Below are positions 12,692 through 27,093 of a DNA stretch of 64,000 bases, one piece after another; the stretch's first letter is position 1; every line of letters begins with the position of its first letter. The stretch is taken from contig NC_134030.1 in NCBI RefSeq assembly GCF_964204645.1, positions 9,513,222 through 9,577,221 on the forward strand. The letters run 5' to 3'. The notes under the pieces were generated by a model. That model worked only from the letters and a program-made list of their open reading frames with translations, was not told the origin of the DNA and searched no databases. The position numbers and the translations under genes were made by a program. The DNA comes from Tubulanus polymorphus (Eukaryota > Animalia > Nemertea).

Positions 12692-15600
12692 CATCTAGAG
12701 TTCAACATGAAATATGAACAAGAAAGTAATGAAAAAACGAACAGTTTAAATATTATCTGTTTCTGAAACCGATGATGATCATCATCATCAATATCACAGA
12801 CGAATGGAGGCAAGTAGAGGCATCAATCCTCCCGCGGCAGGGACTCGAACCTGATGGCATCCAGATTGCCACGATACGAAACCCTGCCACACTAGACCGA
12901 GTGCGCAGCAGCTACACGCGCAGCTTAGATGATGTCATTAATAGCCAATTAGAAATTCAGTTTTATTTGAGCCCGGGTTTTCCCATTTATAGTTCTTCCG
13001 TGAAATTTACCTCAGCGATTAACGAGCAATCTGTTTGGTGCCGCAAGATTTCGCGCGGTAAAGCTGCGCATGTACCTGCGCACCCGGTCTAGTGTGGCAG
13101 GGGTTCGTACCGTGGCTGAGTGTAGCGAGCGATGTCATCAGGTTCAAATCCCTCCCATGGGAGGATGTTGGTGTCCGACATGTTTGACTGCCGATTAATA
13201 GGCCTATAGGTTAAGCGACATATGAAATAAACTTACACTGTTTTCACTGTTTGATGTAATCAGTCGATGGAATCATTTTAGAACAAATTCATTACAACAC
13301 AGCGAGGTGAAGCCCATCGTGATCTAGATATATCAGGATGGAATGACGTCATGCTCGACTGAGCGCCACCACCATGGACCCACTGTTTGTAGGATGTACC
13401 TCTGAAATAATATGATTTCCCACAATATCTGAGATGGAATATTTTTCGCCATTTAAACCAATGTTACAAACACTTACCAAATATTGAAATACTGATTTCA
13501 GGGGTCGGGAAGGAGGGTGGCAATGTTTGTATTAGGTGAGGTTTTTGCTTAATTTCGTGTTATGGTAAAGCACGCCATTTTGATATTGCGTCATAGTGTA
13601 CCTCAGATTGGGATTCCCGCCGCTAGACTGGTCACCGCCACCTGTACTAGCAGGTAGAAATGGCAACCAGTCTATTGCAGGTCTCGGCTTCTTTTCGATT
13701 AGATTAGGTTTTATATTCTACGCAATATTCAAAGAATTTATTCTAATGAAAACCACGCTCTTTACCAATCTAATCATTCGTTTCGAGGTTTCGGGAATTA
13801 CTACTTTAGTTCACAGAAATTCCGCTATCGTTATTCATTGGGGCAGCACTGAACGGTTGTAATTTGATGCAGTCTTGCTATTTTACTGCGGCATGTGAGG
13901 AATACAGATTTTTCTTAAGTCAAATTTCATTCATCACTCAACACTAGATTGTAAGAAATTAATAACTCTACCAACATTAGAGCTTTATATAAGGAGAGTA
14001 AATGGTATGATAGAATCTCCCTAATTCCGATCATTGGGACCAACAAAATTCATCCGTTTTACGGCAAATCCGGATTAAAAGTCATTTTCGTGTATATTAA
14101 TGATTAAATTGACTGTAAATATTATCCGGATTAGACCAAAATTCGGTCGATGCGGATTAAACGATTTAGTTTGACTGTATTAGCCAATAGAATCAGTCTT
14201 CCAGGGCACTAAAATTACCAAGAAACAAACACTGACAAGTGTTGGCCTGTTTAATAAACGCAGAAACCCTAGTGTTGGCCTGGTTAATAAACGCAGAAAT
14301 GCTAGTGTTGGCCTGGTGAATAAACGTAGAAACCCTAGTGTTGGCCTGGTGAATAAACGCAGAATCCCTAGTTTTGGCCTGTTTAATAAACGCAGAATCC
14401 CTAGTTTTGGCCTGTTTAATAAACGCAGAAACCATAGTGTTGGCCTGGTGAATAAACGCAGTAACCCTAGTGTTTGCCTGCTGAATAAACGTAGAAACCC
14501 TAGTGTTGGCCTGGTTAATAAACGCAGAATCCCTAGTTTTGGCCTGTTTAATAAACGCAGAAACCCTAGTTTTGGCCTGTTTAATAAACGCAGAAACCCT
14601 AGTGTTGGCCTGTTACCACACAGACCACACGTATTCACAAACCATATCAGTCACCAGAACTCAGCGGTCTAGTGGTTAGCGTGCTCGGCCGGCATGCTGG
14701 AGGTCGCAGGTTCGAGTCCTGCTAGGGTTACGGTTACGATCGAACTAGTGTTAGGGTTAGTGCCTCAGGTTGGGGCTAATTTTTGGCCCAGCGAGGTATT
14801 TGTAGTACGATGATCATCTGTTTGACTCGGGTTATTTTTTGGTCAACTGATTCTATACTAACTTATATATTTTGAACACAAATATTTGCTTTATCTAGTG
14901 GATGCCAATTTATTTAAAAGATACTTCGCTCAATACAGTAGATTATTTCTAAATGAATAAAAGAGTTGGTGACATTATTCAATATATATAAAAACCACAA
15001 TATCTACTTTAAGGTTGGTATGCAACAATTTCCACTCTTTTCCATAGGTGTCGCATTGGATAAATGTCTATATCTCTTGACCCAATGGACCGATTACGAT
15101 AAAACTTGATACACAGTCTGAACTTTTATCAAGTAGCACTCGGGGTGGGTGAAATCGCTCTAGGTTGAAGTAACACTGTCCTAAAATGGCTCCAAACAAC
15201 GTGAAATTGGTAGTTGCCTACTACGAGTACGGGTAGAACACAGGATAGAACAGGGTAGAACACAGTATTATCCGGATTAGACCAAAATTCGGATTAAGCC
15301 GATGCGGATTAAACGATTTTGTTTGACTGTATTAGCCAATAGAATCAGTCTTGGAATACAGAAAGACGTTCACGATTGAGTTATGTACAAATACCGATAT
15401 GAGAAAAGCTTAGATTCACCTCCATCACCCATGGAACTGGCCCCAGGGCACTAAAAAGGCAATTACCAAGAAACAACCACTGACGCGAGTGTTGGCCTGT
15501 TTAATAAACGCAGAAACCCTAGCGTTGGCCTGTTTGATAAACTCAGTAACCCTATAGTGTTGGCCTTGTACCACACTGACCACACGTATTCACAAACTAG

Positions 15601-18600
15601 GTCGGCCATCAGAACTCAGTGGTCTAGTGGTTAGCGTGCTCGACCGGCATGCTGGAGGTCGCAGGTTCGAGTCCTGCTAGGGTTAGGGTTTCGATCGATC
15701 TAGGGTTAGAGTTAGTGCCTCAGGTTGGGGCTAATTTTTGGCCCAGCGAGGTATTTGTAGTACGATGATCATCTGTTTGACTCGGGTTATTTTTTGGTCA
15801 ACTGATTCTATACTAACTTATATATTTTGAACACAGATATTTGCTTTATCTAGTGGAGGCCAATTTATTTAAAAGATACTTCGCTCAATACAGTAGTTTA
15901 TTTCTAAATGAATAAAAGAGTTGGTGACATTATTCAATATATATAAAAACCACAATATCTACTTTACGGTTGGTATGCAACAATTTCCACTCTTTTCCAT
16001 AGGTGTCGCTTTGGATAAATGTCTTTATCTCTTGACCCAATGGACCGATTACGATTAAACTTGTTACACAGGAACTTTTATCAAGTAGCACTCGGGGTGG
16101 GTGAAATCGCTCTAGGTTTGAAGTTACACTGTCATAAAATGGCTCCAAACAACGTGAAATTGGTAGTTAGGCCTACTACGAGTACGGGGAGAACACAGTT
16201 TGAAATCGTATCGTTGTAGGTTATCGTAAAGAAGATGAATACGACGATTAACAGTACAAATATCGTTATAGACACGGTTTTAGTCGAGACATTGATGGCC
16301 GGGTTTAACTATTCCTGGATATGACCATGTTTCACAATTAAATTCATCTTCTGAATGAGGACGACCATCGAACACGTGTCTAATCGCGTCATAATGGGTA
16401 CGGGGTGTCCCGCGTTCGAACCAAGTAATTATTGATACTGGTTCAGAGTGGTCTTTGTACAGGGGTGTCCCGGGTTCGAACTGAGTAGTGGTCCAAGTTG
16501 TCCTGATGCTGAATGGAGGATGTACAGGGTTGTGTCCCGGGTTCGAGAACCAGTAATTACTGATACTGATTCAGAGTGGTCCCGATGCTGATTAGATGAT
16601 GTACAGGGGTGTCCAGGGTTCGAACTCAGTAGTGGTCCAAGTTGTCCTGATGCTGAATGGAGGATGTACAAGGGTGTCCCGACCGTACGGTGCTGCCGCT
16701 GTGCTCATCGTTAGCGGGATTTCCATACACTAACTGAAGTCAACTCTGGCAATCGTCGTGCTGTCCAGCTATACTCCGTAACCCTTGCTTGCCAGAGTTG
16801 ACTAACGTTAGTGTATGAAAATCCCGCTACCGATGAGCATAGAGGCAGCACCGTACGGTGAAATGTTGATATCTTAAAAGTAATTACTGATTCTGATTGG
16901 TCCTGATGCTGAATGGAGGATGTACAGAGGTATCCCGGGTTCGAACCAGTAATTACTGATACTGGTTCAGAGTGGTCTTGATACTGAATAGAGGATGTAC
17001 AGGTGTCCTGGGTTCGACCCCGCCACGAAAAATGATTAAATAACGCACACACGACTTACAGCAACAACTATCTATATTTATTCCTCATTGTCATGTAACA
17101 CACCCGGACCCAGTTCCACAGTTGTGAGTTAGAGTTAAAGTTAATTCACTTTCAATGAGTTACCCCAGGGCCCAGTTTCACAAAAAGGTTTAACTCTTAA
17201 ATCGATTTAATTTCTTCATTAATTCAGTTTATCTTAAATCGATTTAGGCCTTAATCCTTTTTGTGAAACTGGGCCCAGAGTTAAATCTTAACTCAACAAC
17301 TGTGGAACTGGACCCTGCCCTTTTAAGAATAGTAGTTGGACCATCGAATTGAAACCTTCGCATACCAGGGTAAGAAAGAAAAAATGAATCCTTCGAGTAG
17401 ACACCAGGGGTCGCAGTTTCACAAAAAAAACGATGCATTAACTGAATTTGTGAAGAAATTTAATCTGGATCAAATCTCACAAAAACAGATGAACTTCATA
17501 AACTCAGTTTCTCTTTTTTGTTGATCTTTGATAATTAATCCGTATATGTGAAACCGTACCCTCGGTAGGATTTGGTTTATGATGCGAGGGTTTCAATCAG
17601 ATTTAGATGCCGCAGTTTCGCACACTGAATAGCGAGTGTCCAGTTTCACAGAGAAAAGACCAATAAAACTGGGTCGTGGGGTACAAACAATTACAAACTA
17701 ATGCAACCAGTTATCGCTGCTTTACAGCTACATTTAATCTTCAATTTCAATTTTCCCTAAAACTTTAAAACCCACTATATAGAAATTTAATAGAAGTAAA
17801 AGAGACAACATTTTGGAGTCTCTGTAGAGACCATCATCAAGTCTGAAGAATAACTAAAACAGGGAAAAACAAGTTCATTAGGAAAGTAAAGCGAGTGTTC
17901 AGTGCTAAGGTTGAGAGGTTTTGTTATTTTGTTCGTATAGGTTGTTCTAGTTATTTCTTCATTATACTTTTATTATTTTGATTCTGATTCTTGATAAATG
18001 AATTATGCCTTTTAAATTTGCATATAGCAGGGTTTAAATCATATATTCTATGCCCGATTCAGGCTATTATTCTATTAGCAAAAATGACACCACAGCTTTG
18101 AGAGATCAGGGGATCAGGGGATGACTCTAATGTTTTTATGGATATGTGATACACAGTCCATCAAACCATCATAAACAGAACAACAGTAGGCTGCCCGTGC
18201 CGGTCGGCACGGATAAACAATATTCATTTGGCTCCAGGTAGATGGCTGGTCCCTGTCCCTGTCCAATGGCAAATTGGTCCCGATCCCAACTTCGTTCTAG
18301 AATAGAGAAAATATTACATAGAAAATGTTCGATTGAATTAACAGTCAAGTGGGAATTGTTTTCATGACATAATTCGGTAACTAGAATTTATAATTACCTT
18401 ATAATTCTAGATAATTCAACACCATTATTCAATCTTTGATCACTTTTCAAACTGTTCTATTGGACAAATTTCATGCTGCAAAAAATCATCATACTATGAA
18501 AATACTAAGTAATGTATTTATAGCAGTCTGAAATTGGGGCTAAATTCTATTAGAAAATCAATCATTTTCAAACTTGTGTTTAGCAGAATTAAGAATCACA

Positions 18601-21600
18601 CATAAAAATCCTGTACAGAATAATTAAATGTTAGAATATTATGAAATTAGAGCACAGTGGAGTGATGAAATACTCACCATTTCTAAACTCATATCAGATA
18701 AGTTCAGTGCCATCTAGCAGGATTTCACTTCCAACAGTCATAATGTCATGAAGTTAAGAGAACTGATGATTTTCTGAGAAAATAAATTCTTAAAACGATA
18801 GCAGCAGCTTCAGCAACTAGAGCTTCTTTACTCTTTGAAGGTGAATATTTTTAATTTCTCCAGTTCCAATAAGTGTTGGGCGTATTGCATTCTGGAAAGA
18901 GAAAATTATGCCAGAAAATGGTTAATGAAATAGATAGAAACTGCAACTTGTTTGTGTTCGATTGACAGAAAACCTACCAGGTTAATGAGTAGTTTATCAC
19001 AATGTGTCGAGTATATGCAGATTTCTGAGAGGTTTGATGGTAGCTTTAGACTGCGTCCTCAAGTAAAACGTTGATACCTGCCAACATTGACCGATCAAAA
19101 CATCATTTTCTGGACTTGATTTGAAGATCACCACAAATTACTGCAATAAATCGATATAAAACTCACCGCTTCTGACTTGTTTGATTTGTAGAGCGCAATG
19201 TTAACTGCAAGTTCAGCTTTATTTTAGACCCTAGAATACAACAGTTGTATAATTTTGATGATTCGAACTTTCACCAGAATAGAAGTGATTGAAAATTCGC
19301 CTTCACTGATTAATGTAGCTTCTAATCAGGAAATGAGTTTATAAATGTACAGTCAAACAGAGACTAGAATCTGTAGAGATATTTACCGGTACCGTATTGG
19401 TTTTGAGGACTTAAAGCGATGTCCATCTTAAACAAATGTGAAGTGAATTCCCAATGTTTACTGTTCACAGATTCTATCAAGGGTTCCAGTTATTTCAGCT
19501 CCTAAATACAAATTTTAGAAATTGTCAGTTAAGTTGTTATGAAATAAGAGCAGTTTCACACCAAAACAAACTAAGCCTTGATCTTTGAGTGATTGAATGC
19601 TGGAAACATAAACAGATAGAATAATTTATATAGAACAGTTCTCTAAAAATAATGAATTTCCAAACAGGTTTTACCTGCTGCTGCTGCTGCTGCCGCTGCT
19701 GGTGGCGCTGTTGCTGCATGGTGCTGGTACTGCCAGTGCTGCTGTTGCAGCTGCTGGTGGCGCTGTTGCTGCATGGTGCTGGTACTGCGGTTACTGCCAG
19801 TGCTGCTGCTGCGGTGTGTATCTCATCCTGTAACTGAGAGTAAAACAGTAATTTTTAGTTCAAAAATAATTCAAAATATCAACAGAGACTGTGAAGAATT
19901 CTGTGGAGAAATTCATTACCAGTTTTGTACTTACCTTTAAATGAGCCTGTTTAAATAGTAAATTCTATTGCATTCATTTCATTCTGAAAAGAAAAAGAAA
20001 CAATAATCAGTGACAATAGAGCAGAATGTAACATCTCAAATTATCAATCAATCAGACAGAAACAGTACAGGATTTCTGTAGATTAAACTGCTGTACTTAT
20101 TTCATACTGATTGCACAGTTACAGATACATGTAACAGATCACTGCATTACTTCATCCTGTGATTGAACAGTGATTTAATGTTCTCTCATCTTCATTAGAT
20201 TCCCATCCGTCTAACTAAAACATCGGAACATTTTTACTCATCTAACCTCCCGACCCGACCCTCCCAGACCCCGTCCCCCTTCTCTCCCGCCCTCCCTGAC
20301 CCCTTCCCTCCCACCCTCCCATACCCCTTCCCTCCCGGACCCCTTCCCTCCCACCCTCCTGGACCCATCCCTCAATGCCCTCCCACCTGGCCCTCCCTCA
20401 ATGCCCTCCCACCTGGCCCACCCTCAATGCCCTCCCTCAATGCCCTCCCACCTAGCCCTCCCTCAATGCCCTCCCATCATGCCTCCTTAACTCTCTTGTC
20501 TCCTCTTCACACACACTCATGTGTACAATAACTACAAAACGATTTGCCATTTTTCACGATCATATCAATTTCATTTATAAATCAAAATCCTTAATCAATT
20601 GCATCATTGATGGGACTCACAGATACTTTCTCTACACATTTTGGAGGCATTCAGATGACCTCAAATGATCATATGCCTGGGTTGGTCTTGAAAATCACAT
20701 GGCTTCATTTTTACAGATGATTTCTTTATCAATTTCATCACATTATTCCTATTATTTCTACTCCCTCTAATAAGTATTCACAATATATCTCAGTTTCACG
20801 ACAAGTTGCAGCAGTCGTCTGTAAACAGATTTCATTTCATCAAATGATGCGAGTTTGAGTTGTAGAGGTTTCATCTACAAAACATCAAACCAAACCTGAG
20901 GAACTTAATGTTGTAAGGGAGGGGGAGGTAAAGGAAATAAACCCGAACCAAACCTCCACACTCACAAAATGTTGTGAGAAAGGCAAACACAAACCAAGGA
21001 CAAGAATGATGGCTAAGATCAAAACAATTAATGCTATTTATGTTGCTTCACCAATTCAACATGACGTCACTAAATGAAACCATTGTGGACTATTTCAATA
21101 CTCTCTACTAGAGGTTTCATATAAGCAAGCAGTTTATGGAATCATATTCATAAAAGTTATTAATCAATGTTTTTAAACTGCTGATGCAAAATATATACGT
21201 CATTAAATAATCTGTTTGATTGTCTTTTCAAGTTAACACTTAAACCCAGTGGAACAAATCAAACTCCAGCCATTTTTCCTTCATTTGCCATTTTTCGTTT
21301 TTACTCTTTTCTCTGATTTTTAGCACTTGAGTCGAGGTAGGAATAGACCCCTGCCCGCCCTCTAAGCGTGCAGGACACTAAACCTTCGAATTGCTCTTGG
21401 ACCCCACTCTTTATATCAGCATTTCATGCTGTTTTATTTTATTCACGCATTCGCTTTACATTTTTTCATATGGCTTTTCCTTATTTGTCGTCTCACTAAA
21501 ATTCTCATCAGTTCCGACTGGGATCAAGTTTAATCTTTTAGAGACAAACAGCAAAAGGTTGTGTTAGTTGCACCAGCAGCAGCAGCAGCTGCAGCAGCAC

Positions 21601-24600
21601 CAGCAGCAACACTGATACAGATGAATCTTTCATTAACTACGTCATTTGTTCCATTCTCAAATATTGAGTCATGAAGGCAACAGAATAACTTTAAAAACGT
21701 TAAATCTTTCATTTATGGCCTTGGTTTAGTGACCTAAGCGTCAAAGTTTGGTTCATAGCCCAGGTTGAGTGACCAAAGAGTCAAAGTTTGGTTCATGGCC
21801 CAGGTCTGGTGACCAAAGAGTCAAAGTTTGGTTCATAGCCCAGGTTTGGTGACCAAAGAGTCAAAGTTTGGTTCATGGCTCAGGTTTAGTGACCAAAGAG
21901 TCAAAGTTTGGTTCATAGCCCTGTTTTGGTGACCAAAGAGTCAAAGTTTGGTTCATAGCCCAGGTTTGGTGACCAAAGAGTCAAAGTTTGGTTCATGGCC
22001 CAGGTCTGGTGACCAAAGAGTCAAAGTTTGGTTCATGGCTCAGGTTTAGTGACCAAAGAGTCAAAGTTTGGTTCATAGCCCTGTTTTGGTGACCAAAGAG
22101 TCTAAGTTTGGTCTATGGATCTGATTTGGTGACCACGGAGGGTAAATATAGCTCATGGCCCTCGTTAAAGGTAAGTCAGTTTTATGGCTCTGGTTTGATT
22201 AGCAAATAACATGAGAAATTGAGCGTTGCATATGTTGAATAGGGGAATTGGACTAAACACTCATCACTAGAATAAAGTGAAGAATTATGTTCACACTGAA
22301 TGGGCTCAAAATCTTGTACTAATTGATAAAAACTGAAATAATTCTGACTAATTTGAGTCTATCGGAAAATGATGCATTGATCGAAGTCTAAAAGCTATAA
22401 ACTGACAAATTGATCGAGCGCTGATAATATTTTAAATAACAGCAGAGGATGAAATGACTTTCATAAACTGATATGATCGTGAAAAATGGCAAAATACACT
22501 AGATATCCCCGCTTTATCAGAGTCTCATTGTAGTAGGAAGATTGCCGTAGACTAACTGTAAAAACTACAACTACATCTGGTTGAATATCATCTGTTTTTA
22601 TGGCTTTTAAATTCAGTAAAATATTTCCTGATAGAAGTATAATTAGTACGCAGCCCTTTAAATTCTGTCTAGAATAGAATTATAAGTCACAGGTAGAAAT
22701 AGAATATTATCCTATTCTAAAATGAATATAATAATAGAACAATAGTCTCTCCGTATCAATCTTTGTCCCACCTAAAAATTGTACAGTTTATTTCAGAAAA
22801 TATGTCCCATCTTTTTGAAAACGATAACTAATTATTAAGGATATCTGTGAATAGTGATATACTGATTACAAAACATATCACTTATTCTAATGAGTTCTAT
22901 ACTCTTCTTCCAAAAATGAAGAGTAGGTCTCTGTCTAAGAATCTGCAGAAAAAAGAGGAAGCAGCGATGAATGTGACTGCATCTCGACTCTCGTCAACAA
23001 TTTTCTAAGTCGTCCTATACAGTTCTCAGTATTTACAGCCGTTTCTAAAATAGCACAGAAGAAAATACATCTTTCAGCTGGAAATGTATCAGTAAACGGC
23101 CAGATATCAACAGTAATTATTACGTATGATTGTTATTTCATTGAATTATTAATGAAACCGTTTTTTGATCGGAGCCAAGGAGCAGAACTTGTGATCATTC
23201 AAAAAATATCTCTCATTCCTGACAACATTAAATAATGGCCCTCAAAATTGAAACGTCCCAATTCAATAATCTAGGGCAATTATATCATAACGATTGAGAG
23301 AAGTGACGGTGAAATAACGTGCGCACTCACCGGGGATCAAACCCGGGTCTCATAGAAATAACAACTAGTAAAATAGAACGAGTCCAATTGGCCGATGGTT
23401 ATACAGCTTGTCATGCATAACAACTGAAACATGACATGTTGCAGTCACGTGTTTCATAATGATTAATCCTTTCTTAGAATAATAAAAAGATGGGACACAA
23501 TTTCTGAAATATCCTGAACTTCAAGACTAAAACTACGACTAAACCACCTGTACCTGTACCTAAACCCTAAAGCCCCACCCTATATCCCTCCCTCCCTCCA
23601 AAGTCCTACCACCACCCCTACATCCCTCCCAAATCCCATCCCTCCCGGACAAGTTCCCTCCCGCCCTCCCGGACCCCTTCCCTCCCACCCTCCCTCACCC
23701 CTTCCCTCCCGCCCTCCCTCATCCCTTCCCTCCCGCCCTCACCCCATCCCTCCCAGACCCCTTCCCTCCCACCGTCCCCCACCCCAACCCTCCCGCCCTC
23801 CCTCTAACCCCTTCCCTCCCCCCAACCCTACCCACCCTCCCCAAACCCTGTGGTTAGGTGAGTTGAATGTTGATGTTTTAGTTAGACGGATGGGAATCTA
23901 ATGAAGATGAAAGAACATTAAATCACTGTTCAATCACAGGATGAAGTAATGCAGTGATCTGTACTCTGTATCTGTACACAATGTTACAATGTATCTGTAA
24001 CTGTTCAATCAGTATGAAATAAGTACAGCAGTTTAATCTATAGAAATTCTAACTCTTAAGATACACATGATCTGATTATCACGAAGGAACATGATTGATA
24101 ACAGTTGTATTATTGACATCAGGAACCAGTTTCATATTGATTAGAAATAACATTTGAGTTGATCAGAATTTAGAAAACCTGTAAACCCGCTTACAGAAAT
24201 AACAATCCCAAACATGAACTGATTATAGCCAAATATTCACCAAAAGAAATTTGAAATGATTGAATAACTGCAACAGGTTTCTGAAATTTCATTTCAAAAC
24301 ATGGTTTATAACAAACAATATAAAATTGGTCCCTTAAAATCAATTCAACAACCGATAAATAAAGATAAATGTAACTTATCTTGAATTTCCACATAGGCTA
24401 TAGTGATTCCTGATGTCATGCTGAATCCAAGAGTGATTCCCGATGTTCTGTGCTAAATCCAAAAAAGTCTGGTAGTAAAACACTGATTCCTTGTTGTCCT
24501 GTGCTGAATCCAAGTATGATTCCCGATGTCCGGCGCGAAACCAAAAAAGTCTGATTGTGAAACACTGATTCCTTGTTGTCCTGTGCTGAATCCAAGAGTG

Positions 24601-24801
24601 ATTCTTGTTTTCCTGTGCTGAATCAAAATTCCCGTTGAACACGTTGAAGTGATACCTATAATAAACAAATCTAAGATTTTCTTTCCTGAGAAATAACTGC
24701 AGAAATATCAAATCTAAAATTCAAACTTACAAATTAGATTGTTCGCTCCAATCTGCAGTTCGTTTATTGACGGGGTTTTTCTATCCACAGTTTAGGTTTT
24801 G
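12692..24801 (+). repeat. Tandem segmental unit 2
   Basis: Nearly identical to unit 1 up to ~21440 apart from the missing MITE. More SNPs and indels, and a longer 40-bp minisatellite, after that. Confidence 0.95.
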
Positions 24802-27093
24802 CATCTAGAGTTGAACATGAAATATAAACAAGAAAGTAATGAAAAAACGAACAGTTTAAATATTATCTGTTTCTGAAACCGATGATGATCAACATCATCA
24901 TCATCAATATCACAGACGAATGGAAGCAAGTAGAGGCATCCATCCTCCCGCGGCAGGGACTCGAACCTGATGGCATCCAGATTGCCACGATACGAAACCC
25001 TGCCACATTAGACCGAGTGCGCAGCAGCTACACGCGCAGCTTAGATGATGTCATTAATAGCCAATTAGAAATTCAGTTTTATTTGAGCCCGGGTTTTCCC
25101 ATTTATAGTTCTTCCGTGAAATTTACCTCAGCGATTAACGAGCAATCTGTTTGGTGCCGCAAGATTTCGCGCGGTAAAGCTGCGCATGTACCTGCGCACC
25201 CGGTCTAGTGTGGCAGGGGTTCGTGCCGTGGCTGAGTGTAGCAAGCGATGTCATCAGGTTCAAATCCCTCCCATGGGAGGATGTTGGTGTCCGACATGTT
25301 TGACTGCCGATTAATAGGCCTATAGGTTAAGCGACATATGAAATAAACTTACACTGTTTTCACTGTTTGATGTAATCAGTCGATGGAATCATTTTAGAAC
25401 AAATTCATTACAACACAGCGAGGTGAAGCCCATCGTGATCTAGATATATCAGGATGGAATGACGTCATGCTCGACTGAGCGCCACCACCATGGACCCACT
25501 GTTTGTAGGATGTACCTCTGAAATAATATGATTTCCCACAATATCTGAGATGGAATATTTTTCGCCATTTAAACCAATGTTACAAACACTTACCAAATAT
25601 TGAAATACTGATTTCAGGGGTCGGGAAGGAGGGTGGCAATGTTTGTATTAGGTGAGGTTTTTGCTTAATTTCGTGTTATGGTAAAGCACGCCATTTTGAT
25701 ATTGCGTCATAGTGTACCTCAGATTGGGATTCCCGCCGCTAGACTGGTCACCGCCACCTGTACTAGCAGGTAGAAATGGCAACCAGTCTATTGCAGGTCT
25801 CGGCTTCTTTTCGATTAGATTAGGTTTTATATTCTACGCAATATTCAAAGAATTTATTCTAATGAAAACCACGCTCTTTACCAATCTAATCATTCGTTTC
25901 GAGGTTTCGGGAATTACTACTTTAGTTCACAGAAATTCCGCTACCGTTATTCATTGGGCAGCACTGAACGGTTGTAATTTGATGCAGTCTTGCTATTTTA
26001 CTGCGGCATGTGAGGAATACAGATTTTTCTTAAGTCAAATTTCATTCATCACTCAACACTAGATTGTAAGAAATTAATAACTCTACCAACATTAGAGCTT
26101 TATATAAGGAGAGTAAATGGTATGATAGAATCTCCCTAATTCCGATCATTGGGACCAACAAAATTCATCCGTTTTACGGCAAATCCGGTCAAAGTAAATT
26201 AAAAGTCATTTTCGTGTATATTAATGATTAAATTGACTGTAAATATTATCCGGATTAGACCAAAATTCGGTCGATGCGGATTAAACGATTTAGTTTGACT
26301 GTATTAGCCAATAGAATCAGTCTTCCAGGGCACTAAAATTACCAAGAAACAAACACTGACGAGTGTTGGCCTGTTTAATAAACGCAGAAACCCTAGTGTT
26401 GGCCTGGTTAATAAACGCAGAAATGCTAGTGTTGGCCTGGTGAATAAACGTAGAAACCCTAGTGTTGGCCTGGTGAATAAACGCAGAATCCCTAGTTTTG
26501 GCCTGTTTAATAAACGCAGAATCCCTAGTTTTGGCCTGTTTAATAAACGCAGAAACCCTAGTGTTGGCCTGGTGAATAAACGCAGAAACCCTAGTGTTTG
26601 CCTGCTGAATAAACGTAGAAACCCTAGTGTTGGCCTGGTTAATAAACGCAGAATTCGATCGATCTAGGGTTAGGGTTAGTGCCTCAGGTTGGGGCGAATT
26701 TTTGGCCCAGCGAGGTATTTGTAGTACGATGATCATCTGTTTGACTCGGGTTATTTTTTGGTCAACTGATTCTATACTAACTTATATATTTTGAACACAA
26801 ATATTTGCTTTATCTAGTGGAGGCCAATTTATTTAAAAGATACTTCGCTCAATACAGTAGTTTATTTCTAAATGAATAAAAGAGTTGGTGACATTATTCA
26901 ATATATATAAAAACCACAATATCTACTTTACGGTTGGTATGCAACCATTTCCACTCTTTTCCAAAGGTGTCGCTTTGGATAAATGTCTATATCTCTTGAC
27001 CCAATGGACCGATTACGATTAAACTTGATACACAGGAACTTTTATCAAGTAGCACTCGGGGTGGGTGAAATCGCTCTAGGTTGAAGTTACACT
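24802..27093 (+). repeat. Tandem segmental unit 3 (partial, truncated by the Polinton)
   Basis: Matches the start of the unit, lacks the tRNA-like head (deletion at ~26652), and ends at gaagttacact where the TIR begins. Confidence 0.9.
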
